Assembly (NCBI GenBank): GCA_051294375.1
Contig: CM119268.1
Location: 3,251,856-3,315,855 of the forward strand
Direction of reading: 5' to 3'
DNA from: Paraspadella gotoi
Taxonomy: Eukaryota > Animalia > Chaetognatha
Length of the DNA: 64,000 nt
Positions 63,901-64,000 of the stretch are shown here, piece by piece; position 1 is the stretch's first letter, and every line of letters starts with the position of its first letter. The notes beneath the pieces were generated by a model, which saw nothing but the letters and a program-made list of their open reading frames with translations, did no database searches and was not told the DNA's origin. The position numbers were made by a program, and so were the translations under genes.

Positions 63901-64000
63901 CGTCTCGAGTCAGACACTCATAATTTCGCAGCTCATGTTCACGAACTCTGAACTCTACTTCGTCGGGAGCCTCGCTCTCCAAATTCATTACTCTCTATAA

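Overview
Eukaryotic, almost certainly invertebrate-animal, genomic DNA. It is AT-rich, shows no CpG depletion and is saturated with (AG)n/(CT)n microsatellites. It comes from a draft scaffold with 15 N-gaps, seven of them exactly 25 N, and several stretches have indel-dominated, raw-long-read-like noise. Nearly all supplied ORFs are microsatellite artefacts. Well-supported content: (1) an intact tRNA-Thr(AGT) at 19092-19165; (2) a four-exon fatty-acid-binding-protein (FABP/iLBP) gene on the minus strand (31629->25607), which the ORF track splits into unrelated pieces, with an unusual ~30-aa N-terminal extension and non-canonical intron positions; (3) a full-length ~2.66-kb non-autonomous Helentron (HINE/DINE-1-like) at 41884-44541, whose empty target site appears twice elsewhere in the window, plus a second filled/empty pair of the same family at ~1370-1746; (4) multi-kb inverted and direct duplications covering about 25.9-34.1 kb and 39.4-51.3 kb, which carry three noisy copies of an LRR-like exon; (5) several minisatellites and a tRNA-derived SINE head. 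Blocks 27.7-30.6, 34.1-39.4 and 54.1-64 kb abut 25-N gaps, almost lack the host microsatellites and look like mosaic or foreign low-quality sequence (ankyrin-, gag- and IS5-like scraps). No CRISPR array, rRNA or prokaryotic operon is present.
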